From positions 16,933 through 80,932 of the forward strand of contig CANFSB010000003.1 in assembly GCA_947449495.1 (NCBI GenBank): a DNA stretch of 64,000 nucleotides, read 5' to 3'. Below the pieces are notes generated by a model. It was given only the letters and a program-made list of their open reading frames with translations. It did not search any database and was not told the DNA's origin. The position numbers and the translations under genes are program-made. Position 1 is the first letter of the stretch, and every line of letters begins with the position of its first letter. Origin of the DNA: Pseudomonadota bacterium (GTDB lineage Bacteria > Pseudomonadota > Gammaproteobacteria > Steroidobacterales > Steroidobacteraceae). Of the stretch, positions 62,098 to 64,000 are shown piece after piece.

Positions 62098-63252
62098 TTG
62101 CAGACGCCAGACACTCTCGCCCTGACCCAGGAACTGATCGCCCGGCCGTCGGTTACCCCGGCCGATAACGGCTGCCAGGACATCATGATCCGCCGCCTTG
62201 AGAAGGCCGGGTTCACGGTCGAGAAGCTCAACTACGGCAACGTCGAAAACTTCTGGGCGCGTCGCGGCACAGTGGCCCCGGTGCTGTGCTTTGCCGGACA
62301 TACCGATGTAGTGCCTACCGGCCCGCTGGAAGAGTGGCGCACCGATCCGTTCAAGCCGGTCATCATCGACGGCGTGCTGTATGGGCGTGGCGCCGCCGAC
62401 ATGAAGAGCGGCCTGGCTGCCATGGTTACCGCCAGTGAAGCCTTTGTCGCCGAGCAACCAGACCATGCCGGCTCAATTGCCTTTTTGATTACCAGCGACG
62501 AGGAAGGCCCGTCAGTCGACGGCACCAAACGTGTGGTCGAAACATTGCGTGAGCGGGGCGTGGGCATCGACTGGTGCATCGTCGGCGAACCGTCCAGCGA
62601 ACACTGCGCAGGCGATACGCTGAAGATCGGCCGCCGCGGCTCCTTTAGCGGCCGGCTTACCGTGCATGGCATGCAGGGCCACATTGCCTATCCGCACCTG
62701 GCGCTAAACCCGGTGCATAGCTTCGCTCCGGCGCTGGCCGAGTTGACCAGCCGCACCTGGGATCACGGCAACGAGCATTTTCAGCCCACCAGCTTTCAGA
62801 TCTCCAACATTACCGCCGGCACCGGCGCGCCCAATGTCATTCCCGGCGAGCTCAAAGCGCGTTTCAATCTGCGTTACAACACCACGCAGACGCAAAATCA
62901 GTTGAAAGCAACGGTCGAAGAGATCCTAGCGCGCCACGACGTGCGCTACAGCATCGACTGGTATGTTTCGGGTGAGCCGTTCTATACGCCGCCCGGGCCG
63001 CTGTCAGAGGCAGTCACCACAGCGGTGACTAAAACCATCGGCAAAGTACCTGCCATGAGCACCGGCGGCGGCACGTCCGACGGACGTTTCATCGCCACAC
63101 TGGGCACTAAGGTGATTGAGCTGGGCGTGACCAATGCGTCCATCCACAAGGTCAACGAGTGCGTGAAGGTGGAGGAGATCGAGACCCTGCACCACCTGTA
63201 TGTGGAAGTCCTGCGGCAACTGCTCGGCAAGCAGGCCTCAACCGGCGGCTGA
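62098..63252 (+). CDS. dapE: succinyl-diaminopimelate desuccinylase
   Basis: 384 aa with a TTG start. ...LTQELIARPSVTPADNGCQ...FAGHTDVVP...ITSDEEG... Confidence 0.93.
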   Translation: MQTPDTLALTQELIARPSVTPADNGCQDIMIRRLEKAGFTVEKLNYGNVENFWARRGTVAPVLCFAGHTDVVPTGPLEEWRTDPFKPVIIDGVLYGRGAADMKSGLAAMVTASEAFVAEQPDHAGSIAFLITSDEEGPSVDGTKRVVETLRERGVGIDWCIVGEPSSEHCAGDTLKIGRRGSFSGRLTVHGMQGHIAYPHLALNPVHSFAPALAELTSRTWDHGNEHFQPTSFQISNITAGTGAPNVIPGELKARFNLRYNTTQTQNQLKATVEEILARHDVRYSIDWYVSGEPFYTPPGPLSEAVTTAVTKTIGKVPAMSTGGGTSDGRFIATLGTKVIELGVTNASIHKVNECVKVEEIETLHHLYVEVLRQLLGKQASTGG

Positions 63253-63273
63253 AGACGCCGCCAATCAACAGGG

Positions 63274-63792
63274 TCAGCGGCCGCGACGCGGCCAGCTGGC
63301 CAGTGTGCCCACAGCGCCCAGCGCCGCGGCCCACAGCAGCACCCAGCCGGGCATAGACAGCCCGAGCAATGTCCAGGACACCTTGGCGCACTCACCCGAC
63401 CCAGTGAGCACTTTGCGCAGCACATCGGCAAGCGGAAACACATCGAGCATGTAGTCGAGGCTGGCACCGCAGGCAGCCACCGAACCTGGCGGCAGACTTT
63501 GGATATACAGGTGCCGTGCTGCCACGCCGATGGTGGACAGCGCCGCTACTGCCACCAGTACCGCAGCCACCATCCGGCCCACTCGCCAGCCCGCTGGCGG
63601 CAGCGCGGCAAGCAGCAAGGCCATGCCCAGTGCCGCCATCGCGACGCGCTGGAAGATGCACAGCGGGCACGGCGCCAAGCCCATGTAGAACTCGCTATAG
63701 AGCGCGAATGCCAGCAGCAGCACACAGCACAGAGCACCCAACAGGCACACCCGTCTGCGGTGAGACTGCAACAACACAAACAATGCCATCAA
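63274..63792 (-). CDS. dsbB: disulfide bond formation protein B
   Basis: 172 aa. Four TM helices, a CPLC motif and a second periplasmic Cys pair. ATGA overlap with the phoU stop. Confidence 0.88.
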   Translation of the reverse strand: MMALFVLLQSHRRRVCLLGALCCVLLLAFALYSEFYMGLAPCPLCIFQRVAMAALGMALLLAALPPAGWRVGRMVAAVLVAVAALSTIGVAARHLYIQSLPPGSVAACGASLDYMLDVFPLADVLRKVLTGSGECAKVSWTLLGLSMPGWVLLWAAALGAVGTLASWPRRGR

Positions 63793-64000
63793 TCGGCCTT
63801 CCGGCTACGGGCCTGCAACTCGCGCTCGATGTCCTCCAGACGCGTGTGCCGGACGTCCTTGCCATGCACCATGTAGATCACGTATTCGCAGATGTTTTTG
63901 GCGTGGTCGCCAATACGCTCCAATGAGCGCACCACCCACATCACGTCGAGTACACGCCGGATGGTGCGCGGGTCTTCCATCATGAAGGTGATGCATTGAC
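63789..64000 (-). CDS. phoU: phosphate signalling complex protein PhoU (C-terminal part; gene continues past the right edge)
   Basis: The translated end ...[30 protein letters not shown]... matches the second PhoU repeat. Confidence 0.85.
   Translation of the reverse strand, partial: QCITFMMEDPRTIRRVLDVMWVVRSLERIGDHAKNICEYVIYMVHGKDVRHTRLEDIERELQARSRKAD

Overview
This is a high-GC, gene-dense (about 95% coding) chromosomal segment of a Gammaproteobacterium, and it is almost entirely core housekeeping. By inference only, its synteny is closest to Xanthomonadales/Nevskiales-type genomes: lysS-prfB-recJ sit next to an RpfE-type gene, and no nlpD-rpoS follows surE-pcm. Left to right it contains:
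- rseA'-rpoE, ygfX/sdhE, sdhCDAB and ygfZ
- an L-Ara4N (arn) lipid A modification cluster fused to murI-lysS-prfB-recJ
- an RpfE-like gene, an Mth938-like gene, slyX, a lipoprotein quinohemoprotein PQQ alcohol dehydrogenase and an FkpA-like PPIase
- pcm-surE, smr, ispF-ispD-ftsB-eno-kdsA-pyrG and tilS-accA-dnaE-rnhB-lpxB-lpxA-fabZ-lpxD-skp-bamA-rseP-dxr-cdsA-uppS-frr-pyrH-tsf-rpsB
- map-glnD-dapD, a pstS-porin-pstCAB operon with a clear Pho box, then dapE, dsbB and the 3' end of phoU

I saw no rRNA, tRNA, CRISPR array, IS element, integrase, phage or recognisable defence genes. I do not see convincing evidence for a novel multi-gene system. The observations most worth a second look are:
1. A roughly 380-bp orphan non-coding island between the FkpA-like gene and pcm, which carries a 22-nt inverted repeat, a degenerate direct repeat and a possible sRNA.
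2. The arn genes, which are in non-canonical order, have a split arnA, lack arnE/arnF, and are translationally coupled to murI.
3. A small secreted protein at the tail of the arn genes.
4. An Arg/Gly/Pro-rich tail of about 84 aa on ribosomal protein S2.
5. The architecture of the pst locus.

All calls come from reading the ORF translations and the sequence by eye. No searches or alignments were run, and start codons are my best choices, often made on 4-nt stop/start overlaps.
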